NCBI GenBank assembly: GCA_023662825.1
Contig: JAMPIH010000005.1
Span: 72,007-136,006 of the forward strand
DNA length: 64,000 nucleotides
DNA from: Bacteroides sp.
GTDB taxonomy: Bacteria; Bacteroidota; Bacteroidia; Bacteroidales; P3
Direction of reading: 5' to 3'
Positions 1 through 9,254 of the stretch are shown here, piece by piece; position 1 is the stretch's first letter, and each line of letters begins with the position of its first letter. The position numbers were made by a program, and so were the translations under genes. A model generated the notes under the pieces. That model did no database searches. It saw only the letters and a program-made list of their open reading frames with translations, and had not been told where the DNA came from.

Positions 1-32
1 AACCCGTGACAGATTGTTACGGGTTCGCTTTT
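1..32 (+). terminator. Rho-independent terminator-like hairpin at the window edge (7-bp stem aacccgt/acgggtt, 11-nt loop, then cgctttt)
   Basis: Inverted repeat at 1-7 and 19-25 followed by a T-run; read directly from the sequence. Confidence 0.4.
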
Positions 33-43
33 AAAGCCGCCGC

Positions 44-75
44 GCCGCCCACGCCAACCCCGTGGAGAGCCTGCG
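44..75. repeat. 32-bp direct repeat, copy 1 (gccgcccacgccaaccccgtggagagcctgcg)
   Basis: Identical 32-mer recurs at 1283-1314; both copies lie just 3' of an in-frame TAA. Confidence 0.85.
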
Positions 76-214
76 GGAGGTGTGAGGGTTGTTTGTGGCC
101 TCCCCCCAAAAACGGAATCGGGGTATTCCTATCCGAAAGAGGGGCAGCGGGTTGTCGGACAAGGTATTCTATCTTTGCAGCGTAAAAAAAGACGATATGC
201 AAAATCGGGAGAAT

Positions 215-1114
215 ATGAGACGGATGGCCATCACGCCGCTCCTTGTTTCGGGGCTGGCGTTCACGGCCACGGCCTGCACCCCGGAGCCGATACAGGAAGC
301 GCCCGCCCAAGGCAGGGCTCCGACCATTCGGCTGAGCAGCGGTTACGATATGCCCGTTTTGGGGCTGGGAACCTACAGCCTGCATGGAGCCACCTGTGTC
401 AATTCTGTAAAGACGGCCATCGCCGCCGGCTACCGCAAACTGGATGATGCCTCCGTTTACGGCAACGAGGAGGAAGTGGGGCAGGGCGTACGCGAATCGG
501 GGGTGCCGAGGGAGGAAATTTTCGTGGCGACCAAACTTTACCCCAATCAGTATGCCGATCCCGAAGCGGCCATCGAAGAAAGCCTGCGTAAACTCGATAT
601 CGGGTATATTGACCTTATGCTGCTCCATCATCCCGGCACGGATGACGTAAAGGCCTACAAGGCCATGGAAAAATATGTGGCCGCGGGTAAGATCCGTTCA
701 TTGGGCGTTTCGTGCTATTATATCAAGGAAATCGACGAATTTCTGCCGCAAGTGGCCATCAAGCCGGTGCTGGTTCAAAACGAGGTTCACCCGTATTATC
801 AGGATGAAGAAGTGGTGAAGCATCTCCAGGCTCTCGGCATCGTGGTGGAGGCTTGGTATCCGCTCGGCGGGCGGGGGCATCAGGCGGAACTGTTGAGCGA
901 TCCGGTGTTGTCCGAGATTGCCGCCAAGCACCAAAGGTCGGTGGCGCAGGTTATCTTGCGCTGGAACCTGCAACGCGGTGTGGTGGTGATTCCCGGTTCG
1001 AGCAATCCCGACCATATCCGGGAAAATATCTCGATTTTCGATTTCACCATCACCGACGAGGAAATGGCGCGGATAGCCGCCCTCGACCGGAACGAGAAGC
1101 ACGACTGGTATTAG
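215..1114 (+). CDS. Aldo/keto reductase family oxidoreductase (2,5-diketo-D-gluconate reductase-like) with an N-terminal lipoprotein-type signal (MRRMAITPLLVSGLAFTATAC)
   Basis: ORF 89..1114 opens with TTG. The first plausible ATGs are 197 and 215. AKR motifs seen: GLGTY, GYR.LDDA, LLHHP, IPGSSNPDHIREN. Confidence 0.85.
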   Translation: MRRMAITPLLVSGLAFTATACTPEPIQEAPAQGRAPTIRLSSGYDMPVLGLGTYSLHGATCVNSVKTAIAAGYRKLDDASVYGNEEEVGQGVRESGVPREEIFVATKLYPNQYADPEAAIEESLRKLDIGYIDLMLLHHPGTDDVKAYKAMEKYVAAGKIRSLGVSCYYIKEIDEFLPQVAIKPVLVQNEVHPYYQDEEVVKHLQALGIVVEAWYPLGGRGHQAELLSDPVLSEIAAKHQRSVAQVILRWNLQRGVVVIPGSSNPDHIRENISIFDFTITDEEMARIAALDRNEKHDWY

Positions 1115-1135
1115 TTATTCTTCCTCAATAAAGAA

Positions 1136-1276
1136 ATGTACGTGGTGGGTTCCACCTATTGGAACGTCGCCTACGGACGGTTGCCCGGCGAAGCCATGAA
1201 AGACACGGAAGGTGTGGCCAACATGAAGAACCTCGGCCAGAACATAGCCTGGCTGCTGGCGCGGATAGCGGGATAA
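1136..1276 (+). pseudogene. 3' remnant (46 codons) of a flavodoxin-like / NAD(P)H-dependent FMN reductase gene, in frame immediately after the AKR stop
   Basis: Translation MYVVGSTYWNVAYGRLPGEAMKDTEGVANMKNLGQNIAWLLARIAG* resembles flavoprotein C-termini; there is no upstream coding capacity beyond the AKR stop. Confidence 0.4.
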
Positions 1277-1282
1277 ACGTTG

Positions 1283-1314
1283 GCCGCCCACGCCAACCCC
1301 GTGGAGAGCCTGCG
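1283..1314. repeat. 32-bp direct repeat, copy 2
   Basis: Identical to 44-75. Confidence 0.85.
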
Positions 1315-1318
1315 TAAG

Positions 1319-1786
1319 CTAGCTTGATTTTATGCAGTTCGTAATCTCGCTGTCGGGGTTCAGCGCGGTTTGGTCGGAAAGCACGAGGCTCTTTACCATG
1401 TGCAGCGTTCCCTGCTTGTATTTCTGGAAATGCGGCGAGGCGATATGCGCTTGATATGCCGCCTGGCTCGCGTACGTCTCGAGGATGGTGATGCGGCACG
1501 GATTTTCCCTCTCGGCCACGGCATACATGGTGAGTACGCCGGGTTCGGTGCGCAGGGACACTTCTCCCACCTCCGTGGCGAATTCCTTGTACACGTCGAG
1601 ATATTCCGGAAACACCTCGATTTTCGACAGCCGTATGATGCCGTCGGCCTGCATGGGCAACTTACGGCACATCGAAAGATTTACCTCATTCATCCTGTTT
1701 GAATCGTTTTTTGTCTGATCCTGCCCGTAAGCCATCTGCATCAGTGCAAACAACAATGCCGGCAGGATAATCCTGTATGATTTCAT
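1319..1786 (-). CDS. Secreted antibiotic-biosynthesis-monooxygenase (ABM, YgiN-like) domain protein
   Basis: Signal peptide MKSYRIILPALLFALMQMAYGQ; ABM-like C-terminal half; ATG at 1786 confirmed in the DNA. Confidence 0.6.
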   Translation of the reverse strand: MKSYRIILPALLFALMQMAYGQDQTKNDSNRMNEVNLSMCRKLPMQADGIIRLSKIEVFPEYLDVYKEFATEVGEVSLRTEPGVLTMYAVAERENPCRITILETYASQAAYQAHIASPHFQKYKQGTLHMVKSLVLSDQTALNPDSEITNCIKSS

Positions 1787-1853
1787 CACTGTTCTCCTAT
1801 TAAGGCTATCCAAATTTTAAGGTGGTCGAAATTGACCACAGATGGTACTTCGG

Positions 1854-2927
1854 TTATAGTGGCGCTATCTCCCACCAACCGTCCCTTTTTCCGTTCTTTC
1901 GGATAAGGATGCCCCGTTCCACCAACGAAGCTGTTGCACGTTTGACGGTTGCGGCAGATTTTCCGATTTCTTCGGAAATGGCGGCTTGGGTGATCTTGGG
2001 ATTGTTCTTGATGCAGTCAAGTATCGCTAAATCAATCATGGAAAGTTTCAAAGTATCATTTTGATACTTTGAAACGATACTTTGGGTTTCCTTATGGAGA
2101 CTTTGAGGGGATGGCGCCGCATATCTGATATGCATTTCCCTATCCTTCAATTCATTATTTTCTTTGAGAATCAGGTTCCGCATGAATTTCAGCAGAAACC
2201 CCATATCCGCCTTGATTCCCTGCGTGAAGTCGTTGAAGTTGGCCCGGACAAGGGCATCCCGAAAGTAGGCAGACTTCTCTTTAAACAAATCGTTGTTCAC
2301 CTTAAAGCCGAAAGAACGCAAGTATTTGATCAGGAATACCGCCGTTGTACGCGTATTGCCCTCGCTGAACACATGATTCTGCCAGACATCGGAGATGAAT
2401 TTGGCAAGATGAACCAAGGATTCCTCTACCGACAGACGGGCATAGGAAAAAGCCTTTTCCTGTTCAAAATCATATTCCAGATTGGCGCGGAGCATCTCAG
2501 AATTACCATACACCACGCTTTGGCCATCGAGAACCCATTCTTTCTTGGAAATATTATAGGTGCGGATTTTTCCAGCGTTTTTCAGAAGCCCTTCGAACAG
2601 ACGCTTGTGGATATGGAGATACTCCAGCGAAGAGAAATGGAATCCATTCTCCAGCAATATCTTGGAAATACGTCCCGAAACGATGTCCGCCTCCTCGGTA
2701 TCGGCGCCTTGACGCCGTCCGTCCTCCCGCTCGTAGTAACTTTTGATAAGTTGCCCGGCTTCGTCTATGGTGATGTCGTTCTCGATATGCCGGCGTGCCG
2801 TCTCGATAAGGTAGGGCGACACTTTCAGCCCGTCGACGTCTTGCAGGCCGATGGCCGTCTGCCATGCTTGCGCCCGTTCCCTGCGGTTCGGTTCCCCTGC
2901 CTTGATATATTCTTCGAAATCGCCCAT
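1854..2927 (-). CDS. Fic/DOC family protein with a C-terminal winged-helix DNA-binding domain
   Basis: Fic motif HVFSEGNTRTT (HxFx(D/E)GNxR); C-terminal wHTH (ILDCIKNNPKITQAAISEEIGKSAATVKRATASLVERGIL); the track ORF starts at TTG 2954 and the first ATG is at 2927; lower GC than flanking DNA. Confidence 0.8.
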   Translation of the reverse strand: MGDFEEYIKAGEPNRRERAQAWQTAIGLQDVDGLKVSPYLIETARRHIENDITIDEAGQLIKSYYEREDGRRQGADTEEADIVSGRISKILLENGFHFSSLEYLHIHKRLFEGLLKNAGKIRTYNISKKEWVLDGQSVVYGNSEMLRANLEYDFEQEKAFSYARLSVEESLVHLAKFISDVWQNHVFSEGNTRTTAVFLIKYLRSFGFKVNNDLFKEKSAYFRDALVRANFNDFTQGIKADMGFLLKFMRNLILKENNELKDREMHIRYAAPSPQSLHKETQSIVSKYQNDTLKLSMIDLAILDCIKNNPKITQAAISEEIGKSAATVKRATASLVERGILIRKNGKRDGWWEIAPL

Positions 2928-2976
2928 AATGCTACCGGCATCACGCCAAAGCAAAGATACGACAACTCACCGTATC

Positions 2977-4914
2977 TCAGAAATGCACCTTGAGCCCGCC
3001 GCGCACGGTCACCTGGGGCATGGGGTCGCCGGCGTTGATTTCGTAGCGTTGGCCCAGCAGGTTCTCGCCGCAGACCCATAGGTCGAGCCATTTGGTCACG
3101 CGCACCTGCCCGCGCAGGTTCCACAGCACGAAATCCTCCTTCGATTCCGTGCCCTGGCCGTTGGTGCGCACCGAAGTGTAGAGGCCGGCGATGTACTGCA
3201 CGCCGGTGGACACCGACCAACGCCCCTCCTGGAAGCCCGCCCCCACGTAGAGTTTGTGTTCGGGCGCGGCGACAACGGGATTCTCCATATGCAGGAAACT
3301 GTAGTTGGCGTCCACCGACCAGGCCGCATTGATGCGGAAGGCCGACTGCACCTCCAAGCCTACGTTCTCTATCGCCCCCGAATTCTGGTTCAGCATGCCG
3401 CTTCCGTTCGGATTGGGCAAGGTCATGATGAGGTTCCTGCCCCGTATGTAGAAGACATTGAGCCCGTAAGACAGCCGCCCGCCCAGGAGCCGTTGGGCAA
3501 AAGCGATTTCGTAGTTCCACATCGACTCGGGCTTCAAATCCGGATTCTGGGGCGGGAACATATACATCTCGCGCAGGATCGGATAGCGGAAACCTTTCGA
3601 GGCCGAAGCCTTCAGCTCGATGGCGTGGGGCAGGTGGAAGGCCAGCCCCGCCTGCGGCACCCATTCGGCACCCACGCGGGAATGATAGTCGAAACGCAGG
3701 CCGGCGTTCAGGCTCAGCCATCTGCCGATATCCTGCCGGAACTCCACATAGCCCGCCAGTTCATCTTCGTGCTTGTTCACCAAATCGCTCCGCGTACCCT
3801 CGCGCTCCCCGCTCACATACTCGTTCCACGCCCTGCCGCCGTAGCGGAACCAGTCGAAGCCCGCCGTAATCCGGTTCCCCTTGAAGAAGCGCGCACTCTG
3901 ATAGAGCGACACCCCCATCATGTCGTCGTAAGACTTGAAGCGGCTGTCTCTCGGTTCCTCGCCCGCGGCGGGGTTGTAGCCGTCGTTGATCCAGTGGTTT
4001 CCCCAGTTGTAGAAGAAACTCAGCGCGCCGGAAGTCTTCTCGTACCCGTTCTCCACGGCCAGCGAGGCCATGCCCCGCGTGATGCGCTGGTCGGCATCGC
4101 TCAAAGGCGCGGACACCGGGCCGGGGTTGGCGGCGTTGAAGTGGGTCACGTTCACGTCCGCCTGCACCGTCCAGTTCTTGCTGGCCTCGTAGGCCACCTT
4201 GCCGTAGCCGCCGTACTGTTCGAATTCCGTGTTGCTCCGGTGGCCGTCGGTGCGGTTGTAGGACGCGCTCACCACGCTCGAGAAACGCCCCTTGCGGACA
4301 CGGTTCGTCGCCTCGGTTTCCAAGGTGTTGTAGGTGCCGTAGCCGGCGCGGATGTCGGTGCGCACGCCGTCCTGGTGCATCTTGCGGGTAACGATGTTGA
4401 CCACGCCGCCCATCGCGTTCGAGCCGTAGAGCACCGAGGCCGGGCCGCGCAGCACCTCCACGCGGTCGGCCAAGAGCGTCTGGTAGGCGTCGGAAATGGG
4501 ATGCCCGAAGATGCCGGCGTATTGCGGATGGCCGTCGATCAGCACCATCAGGCGGGCGTTGCCGCCGCTCAGTCCGCGCAGGGAGATGCCGCCCGCCGCG
4601 CCGTTGGACACGCCGTAGCCCATCACGCCGCGCGAGGTCACGAACAGCCCCGGCACCTGCTCGGTGAGCATCGGCAGCAGGGACGACTGCATGGATTCCT
4701 CAATCTGGGCGCGGCCGATCACCGAGACGGTCTGAGAGAGGTGGCGCAGGTCTATCTGCGCGCGGGTGCCGGTGATGACCACCTCCTGCAAGGCCGCGCC
4801 GCGCACCGTGCTGTCGGCCGTGGCAGGCACCCAACCCCTGGCGGCTTCCTGCGCCGGAGCCATAGATAGCCCCGCGCACGCCAAGGCAACGAACATCAGC
4901 GCTTGTTTCAACAT
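2977..4914 (-). CDS. TonB-dependent outer-membrane receptor (plug plus 22-strand barrel, C-terminal aromatic residue)
   Basis: Signal peptide; TonB-box-like EVVITGTRAQ; plug and barrel motifs; ends ...GGLKVHF; the track ORF starts at GTG 4947 and the ATG is at 4914. Confidence 0.85.
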   Translation of the reverse strand: MLKQALMFVALACAGLSMAPAQEAARGWVPATADSTVRGAALQEVVITGTRAQIDLRHLSQTVSVIGRAQIEESMQSSLLPMLTEQVPGLFVTSRGVMGYGVSNGAAGGISLRGLSGGNARLMVLIDGHPQYAGIFGHPISDAYQTLLADRVEVLRGPASVLYGSNAMGGVVNIVTRKMHQDGVRTDIRAGYGTYNTLETEATNRVRKGRFSSVVSASYNRTDGHRSNTEFEQYGGYGKVAYEASKNWTVQADVNVTHFNAANPGPVSAPLSDADQRITRGMASLAVENGYEKTSGALSFFYNWGNHWINDGYNPAAGEEPRDSRFKSYDDMMGVSLYQSARFFKGNRITAGFDWFRYGGRAWNEYVSGEREGTRSDLVNKHEDELAGYVEFRQDIGRWLSLNAGLRFDYHSRVGAEWVPQAGLAFHLPHAIELKASASKGFRYPILREMYMFPPQNPDLKPESMWNYEIAFAQRLLGGRLSYGLNVFYIRGRNLIMTLPNPNGSGMLNQNSGAIENVGLEVQSAFRINAAWSVDANYSFLHMENPVVAAPEHKLYVGAGFQEGRWSVSTGVQYIAGLYTSVRTNGQGTESKEDFVLWNLRGQVRVTKWLDLWVCGENLLGQRYEINAGDPMPQVTVRGGLKVHF

Positions 4915-4970
4915 GATGCGGACTTTGCGGACGCAAAAATACTTCACGAGACAAATCCTCCCCGAGAAAA

Positions 4971-5918
4971 CTACTTATCCAGATCGATGATTTCGTATTC
5001 GAGCGAACCCAGCCCTATCTTGGCCGCGTGGTCGATGGTGTGCGTGCCGTGGCGGCTGTTGATGCGCTCTATCAGCGGCGCGTTGTCGTTGCCCTCGCTG
5101 GCCTTCATGTGGAAGATGATGTCCACGCAGGCCTTGTCGAGCGCCACGGGGTCGGTCGAAGCCAGGATGCCGTAATCCTTCAGGAGAACCTCGGAGGGAT
5201 GGGCGGCGCAATCGCAGTCCACCGACATATTGTTCATCACGTTGATATAGACGATATTTTCGCCGAAATAATCGTGAACGGCCTGCGCCGCCGCGGCCAT
5301 CGATTCCAGAAAATCATCCTGAGGTGCGATGTTCTCCCAGATCTCCTCCGCCTTGTCGGTTTTCCCGGCCGAGTGGATATACGCCTTGCCGTCGGCCGAG
5401 GCCACGCCGATGCTGGCGTTCTTGAGCACGCCGCCGTAGCCGCCCATGGCATGACCCTTGAAGTGGGCGAGGTTTATCATATAGTCGTAGCGGTTCAGGT
5501 GGCTTCCCACAAGGTCGTGCCGGATATGCTTCCTGTCCTTCACCGGAATCTTGATCTGCCCCTCTTCGTCCATCAGGTCGACGGGGGCGATTTTATCGAA
5601 GCCGTGTTCGCGGATGGTCTGCCAATGCGCTTCCGTGGTGTTGCGCTTGCCCGCGTAGGCGGTGTTGCATTCCACGATGGTGCCGTGAACGCTGTCCACC
5701 AGTTGCCCGATGAGGGCGGGTTGCAGGTAGTTGGGGTTGCCGGCCTCGCCGGTGCTGATTTTCACGGCCACCTTGTGTCCGTCGGCGGAACGTCCGAGCG
5801 CCTGATAGATTCTAACGAGCGCCTCGGGCGAAATCTCGCGCGTCATAAATACTTTCGACTGGGCGGAAGCCGCCAGGGAAACGGTCATGGCAAGCATAAG
5901 GAAGATGAGTTTTTTCAT
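4971..5918 (-). CDS. Exported DUF362-domain protein, co-oriented just upstream of the TonB-dependent receptor (likely operon)
   Basis: Signal peptide MKKLIFLMLAMTVSLAASAQ; the DUF362 assignment is from recollection of the family; 23-bp gap to the receptor gene. Confidence 0.55.
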   Translation of the reverse strand: MKKLIFLMLAMTVSLAASAQSKVFMTREISPEALVRIYQALGRSADGHKVAVKISTGEAGNPNYLQPALIGQLVDSVHGTIVECNTAYAGKRNTTEAHWQTIREHGFDKIAPVDLMDEEGQIKIPVKDRKHIRHDLVGSHLNRYDYMINLAHFKGHAMGGYGGVLKNASIGVASADGKAYIHSAGKTDKAEEIWENIAPQDDFLESMAAAAQAVHDYFGENIVYINVMNNMSVDCDCAAHPSEVLLKDYGILASTDPVALDKACVDIIFHMKASEGNDNAPLIERINSRHGTHTIDHAAKIGLGSLEYEIIDLDK

Positions 5919-6422
5919 GATTGACTTTTTTATCGGCTGCAAAATTATCACGAAGCCCCCAATCTCCCCTTATACAGATTCCCGATTGTGTTACCAGAAT
6001 TGCTTTTTATGCGCAAGGTCGCCGCCCCGTACGCGGAAAGCCCGCGGCATTAAAAAAGGCTCACGGGCACGGTGCATATCGTTTTTCCGTGCCACTCAAT
6101 TTTTTCTTCCTGGTTATTGGTGATAACGAGAAGGTTGCAGCAGTGGAGTTCATCGGCGGCTTCGATGAGGGCATCGAGTTCGCGCTTGCGGGTTTTCCCG
6201 GAAGCCATATCGTAACAGACTTGGATAAGTTGTTCAACCTTTGTGTCTTAGGGGCTATATGGTCGATTTTATTCAATAATCACACTGTACTGAATAAAAA
6301 AGTACATATTTTATTCAATACGGAATGTTCGACAGTCTCGAATTTATTTTGTACGATTAATGAAACTACTGCATATTTTAGTTTTGTTTGGTACAACAAA
6401 TAAAATTCACTACCTTCGCCGT

Positions 6423-7634
6423 ATGGAAATCATTTCACGACAGATATACATAGACCATATTCTGAGGTTCCTGAACAAGGGTATGATGATAGCTCTCACC
6501 GGTCAGCGTCGGGTGGGTAAAAGTTATGTGCTTCGGGAACTTGCTGAAATTATCCGTCAGAATAATCCCGATGCCAACATCGTATATATCAACAAGGAGA
6601 AGAAGAAATTCGATTCGATAAAAAACGATTCAGATTTGTCTGCCTATATCGAGGGAAAGTTTCCCGAAGATGGGGATAATTATCTGCTGATAGATGAAGT
6701 GCAGGATATTGAAGGTTTCGAGAATGTATTGAGAAGTCTTAACGCTGATGAGGAGTGTCAGATAGTCGTTACCGGGAGCAATGCAAAGATGCTTTCGTCG
6801 GAGTTGTCAACCTATCTTGGGGGAAGATATATTGACATTCATATCCAGAGCTTGTCTTATCGTGAATTTCTCCGTTTCCATAATCTTGAAGAATCGGCTG
6901 AAAGCCTTGAGAAGTATCTCTCATTTGGAGGTCTTCCGCATCTTTACAGGCTCGGACTTGAAAATGAAGACATGGTTTGGGAATATGTGCAGAACATTTA
7001 CAACACCATAGTGCTGAAAGATGTGGTGCAAAGAGAAGGGCTGCGCAATGTCACATTGTTTGAGAATCTGATGGCGTATGTCAGCGACAATACAGGCCAG
7101 CTTGTTTCGGCCACATCTCTGTCGAAATATCTTAAGGCCCAGAGAGTGGAGCTTACTCCGCTGTCCGCTATCAATTACCTGAAGGCTGCCTCAAACGCTT
7201 ATATTATCAACAAAGTACAAAGGTATGACATCCAGGGCAAGCGGCTGTTGGAGACTAACGATAAATACTACTTTGAAGACCTTGGATTGAGGAATCTGCT
7301 GGTCGGAAGCAACCGTGCAAAAGACATGGAGAAGATAATGGAAAATGCCGTGTATCTTCACTTGAAGAACCTTGGCTATAAAGTTGCCGTCGGAACACTG
7401 CCTAAGGGAGAAATAGACTTTATTGCCGAAAAGGGAGGCGATAAAGTCTACATTCAGGTTGCTTATTTGCTCAACGAGGATTCGACTGTAAAACGCGAGT
7501 TCGGCAATTTGACACAAATTTCCGACAATTATCCCAAATACGTCGTGTCAATGGATCCTATAAGCAAACCGAAGGACTACGACGGAATCATTCATATATC
7601 ATTGCGGACTTTTTTGCTTACTGACTCATTTTAG
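6423..7634 (+). CDS. AAA+ ATPase of the DUF4143 / COG1373 family
   Basis: Walker A GQRRVGKS and Walker B LLIDEVQ; typical Bacteroidales 'ATP-binding protein'; AT-rich gene; possible TAgtTTTG -7 box at 6379-6386 upstream of ATG 6423. Confidence 0.8.
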   Translation: MEIISRQIYIDHILRFLNKGMMIALTGQRRVGKSYVLRELAEIIRQNNPDANIVYINKEKKKFDSIKNDSDLSAYIEGKFPEDGDNYLLIDEVQDIEGFENVLRSLNADEECQIVVTGSNAKMLSSELSTYLGGRYIDIHIQSLSYREFLRFHNLEESAESLEKYLSFGGLPHLYRLGLENEDMVWEYVQNIYNTIVLKDVVQREGLRNVTLFENLMAYVSDNTGQLVSATSLSKYLKAQRVELTPLSAINYLKAASNAYIINKVQRYDIQGKRLLETNDKYYFEDLGLRNLLVGSNRAKDMEKIMENAVYLHLKNLGYKVAVGTLPKGEIDFIAEKGGDKVYIQVAYLLNEDSTVKREFGNLTQISDNYPKYVVSMDPISKPKDYDGIIHISLRTFLLTDSF

Positions 7635-7657
7635 GTGATTTCATCACAGGTTTAAGA

Positions 7658-8302
7658 TTATTCCATCACCCCGATGTTCCGCAGCCAGGCCCCGATGGTC
7701 TCGGCATTGATGCGGCCGCTGGTAAGGCCTTCGCCAGTAAGGTGTTGGGCGTCGGGCGTCAGTTCCACGATACGTGCCAGGGTCTCGTCGCGGTAGGTGG
7801 CGGCGTAGGTGCAGAAAGGCACCACCGTCTTGCCGTGGAAATCGTAGCTTTCGGCAAAGGTGCAGATGATCATCGGCGTGGTCCACCACCAGACGGGGCA
7901 TCCGATAAATACGGTGTCGTAGCTGTTCCAGTTTTCCACCGCGTTGAGGATTTCAGGACGGGCGTCCGCGTCCTTTTCCTCGCGGGCCACTTCCGTGCAG
8001 GGCGTGTATTCGGTGGGGTAGGGGTTCACCGGTTCGATGCGGAAGATGTCGGCACCCGTCTGACGCACGATTTCCTGCGCCATGCGCTGTGTGGTGCCGC
8101 CCCAGCTGAAATAGGCCACCAAGGTCTTGGAGGAACCGCCCACAGCGGTTGAGTCTTCGCCCGAAGTGTCGGGGTCGTCGGGAAGGGCGGGTGTTTCGGT
8201 GCTGGGCGTACCGGGCCCGGTTTCGGGTTCATCGTCGGGGGAGCAGGCGGCAATGCTTACCAGAAACATGCCCGCCAACAGGGGAAGCAGATATTTTTTC
8301 AT
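7658..8302 (-). CDS. Flavodoxin-like lipoprotein
   Basis: Lipoprotein signal MKKYLLPLLAGMFLVSIAAC, Pro/Thr-rich linker, then a flavodoxin fold (KTLVAYFSWGGTTQRMA ... GCPVWWWT). Confidence 0.7.
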   Translation of the reverse strand: MKKYLLPLLAGMFLVSIAACSPDDEPETGPGTPSTETPALPDDPDTSGEDSTAVGGSSKTLVAYFSWGGTTQRMAQEIVRQTGADIFRIEPVNPYPTEYTPCTEVAREEKDADARPEILNAVENWNSYDTVFIGCPVWWWTTPMIICTFAESYDFHGKTVVPFCTYAATYRDETLARIVELTPDAQHLTGEGLTSGRINAETIGAWLRNIGVME

Positions 8303-8460
8303 GACAGTAAGTATTAGGCGCCGGTTTCCCGGCTTTGTACGGCGGCAAAGGTAGGGTGTTCGTTTCACCTCCGCAGAACAAAAACTACGGATAGAATTTC
8401 CTTTTTTTCGGAAAACGATGCCGTTTCCCTCAAAAACCGAAATCATGGTATCTATAACCG

Positions 8461-8476
8461 TGATTTATGTAAATCA
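8461..8476. promoter_or_regulatory. Perfect 16-bp palindrome TGATTTATGTAAATCA in the divergent intergenic region, a candidate operator
   Basis: 7+7 inverted repeat with a 2-nt spacer between the divergently transcribed flavodoxin and DHFR-family genes. Confidence 0.35.
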
Positions 8477-8533
8477 TCACAGAAAGTTTCACTCTACTTT
8501 TACGGTGTCGGAAACCAATAAACATGCAGAAAT

Positions 8534-9250
8534 ATGAAACCGAAAATAATATGCCATATCATGAGTTCCGTCGATGGACGGTTGCTCAATAATCGGTGGA
8601 CGGATCCGTTCGACGGTACGCCCGCCTCGGATTTGTTGAAGGTTTATGCGGCTATCGGCCGTGAACTGAATACCGATGCGTGGATGTTCGGGAAGAACAC
8701 ACTCCATGCGGTATTTCCCTATAAATGGGGTGTTTACGGAAATGCTTTACCCTTGGATTATCCTTCCGTATTCATCGGCGAACGCCGCTCGGAGCGGATG
8801 TTCATCGTGGCCGACCCGGAGGCCGACATCTATTTCACCTCTTCCGTTGTGAGGGGCGACAATATCCTCGTTGTAGTGGGGCGGAATGCAACGGAAGGCT
8901 ACCTTGCCCATCTGCGCGAAAGGAAGATTTCCTACCTTGTCGTCAGCGATGCATGCAATCTTCGGGAAGGTCTTGAGGCGGTCGGGCGGGAGTTCGGCAT
9001 CCGTTCCGTTTCGGTGCAGGGTGGCGGCATATTGAACGGTGCCTTGCTTGCCGAAGGATTGGTGGACGAGTTGAGCCTGGTCGTTTATCCCGGAATCGAC
9101 GGGCTTGCAGGTGTTCCCTCTGTTTTCGAGTATGTCGGGAAGAAAACCGATTGTCCGGCAAAAGGCCAGAGCCTGCAACTCCTTTCGGTGGAACAGCGGG
9201 AACACGGGGTGGTATGGCTTCGGTATAAATTTCATCTCAATAAGGAGTAA
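8534..9250 (+). CDS. Dihydrofolate reductase family protein (RibD C-terminal domain-like)
   Basis: N-terminus [17 protein letters not shown] and overall length are typical of the RibD_C/YwjB family. Confidence 0.75.
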   Translation: MKPKIICHIMSSVDGRLLNNRWTDPFDGTPASDLLKVYAAIGRELNTDAWMFGKNTLHAVFPYKWGVYGNALPLDYPSVFIGERRSERMFIVADPEADIYFTSSVVRGDNILVVVGRNATEGYLAHLRERKISYLVVSDACNLREGLEAVGREFGIRSVSVQGGGILNGALLAEGLVDELSLVVYPGIDGLAGVPSVFEYVGKKTDCPAKGQSLQLLSVEQREHGVVWLRYKFHLNKE

Positions 9251-9254
9251 GACA

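Noticed and set aside
1125-1499. ORF 1125..1499 (-), 124 aa
   Set aside because: His/Arg/Pro-rich; overlaps the flavoprotein remnant and repeat copy 2; no start context; likely spurious.
2554-4869. ORFs 2825..3721 (-), 3256..4869 (+) and 2082..2993 (+) overlapping the Fic and TonB-receptor genes
   Set aside because: Antisense or alternate-frame artefacts with Arg/Pro-rich composition and no domain signatures; the real genes on the other strand have clear family motifs.
5952-6360. Cobalamin or TPP riboswitch upstream of the TonB-receptor operon
   Set aside because: No B12-box (GCCACTG) or TPP-box (CUGAGA...ACCUGAUCUGGAUAAUGCCAGCG) match was seen on the correct strand; only generic hairpins were found.
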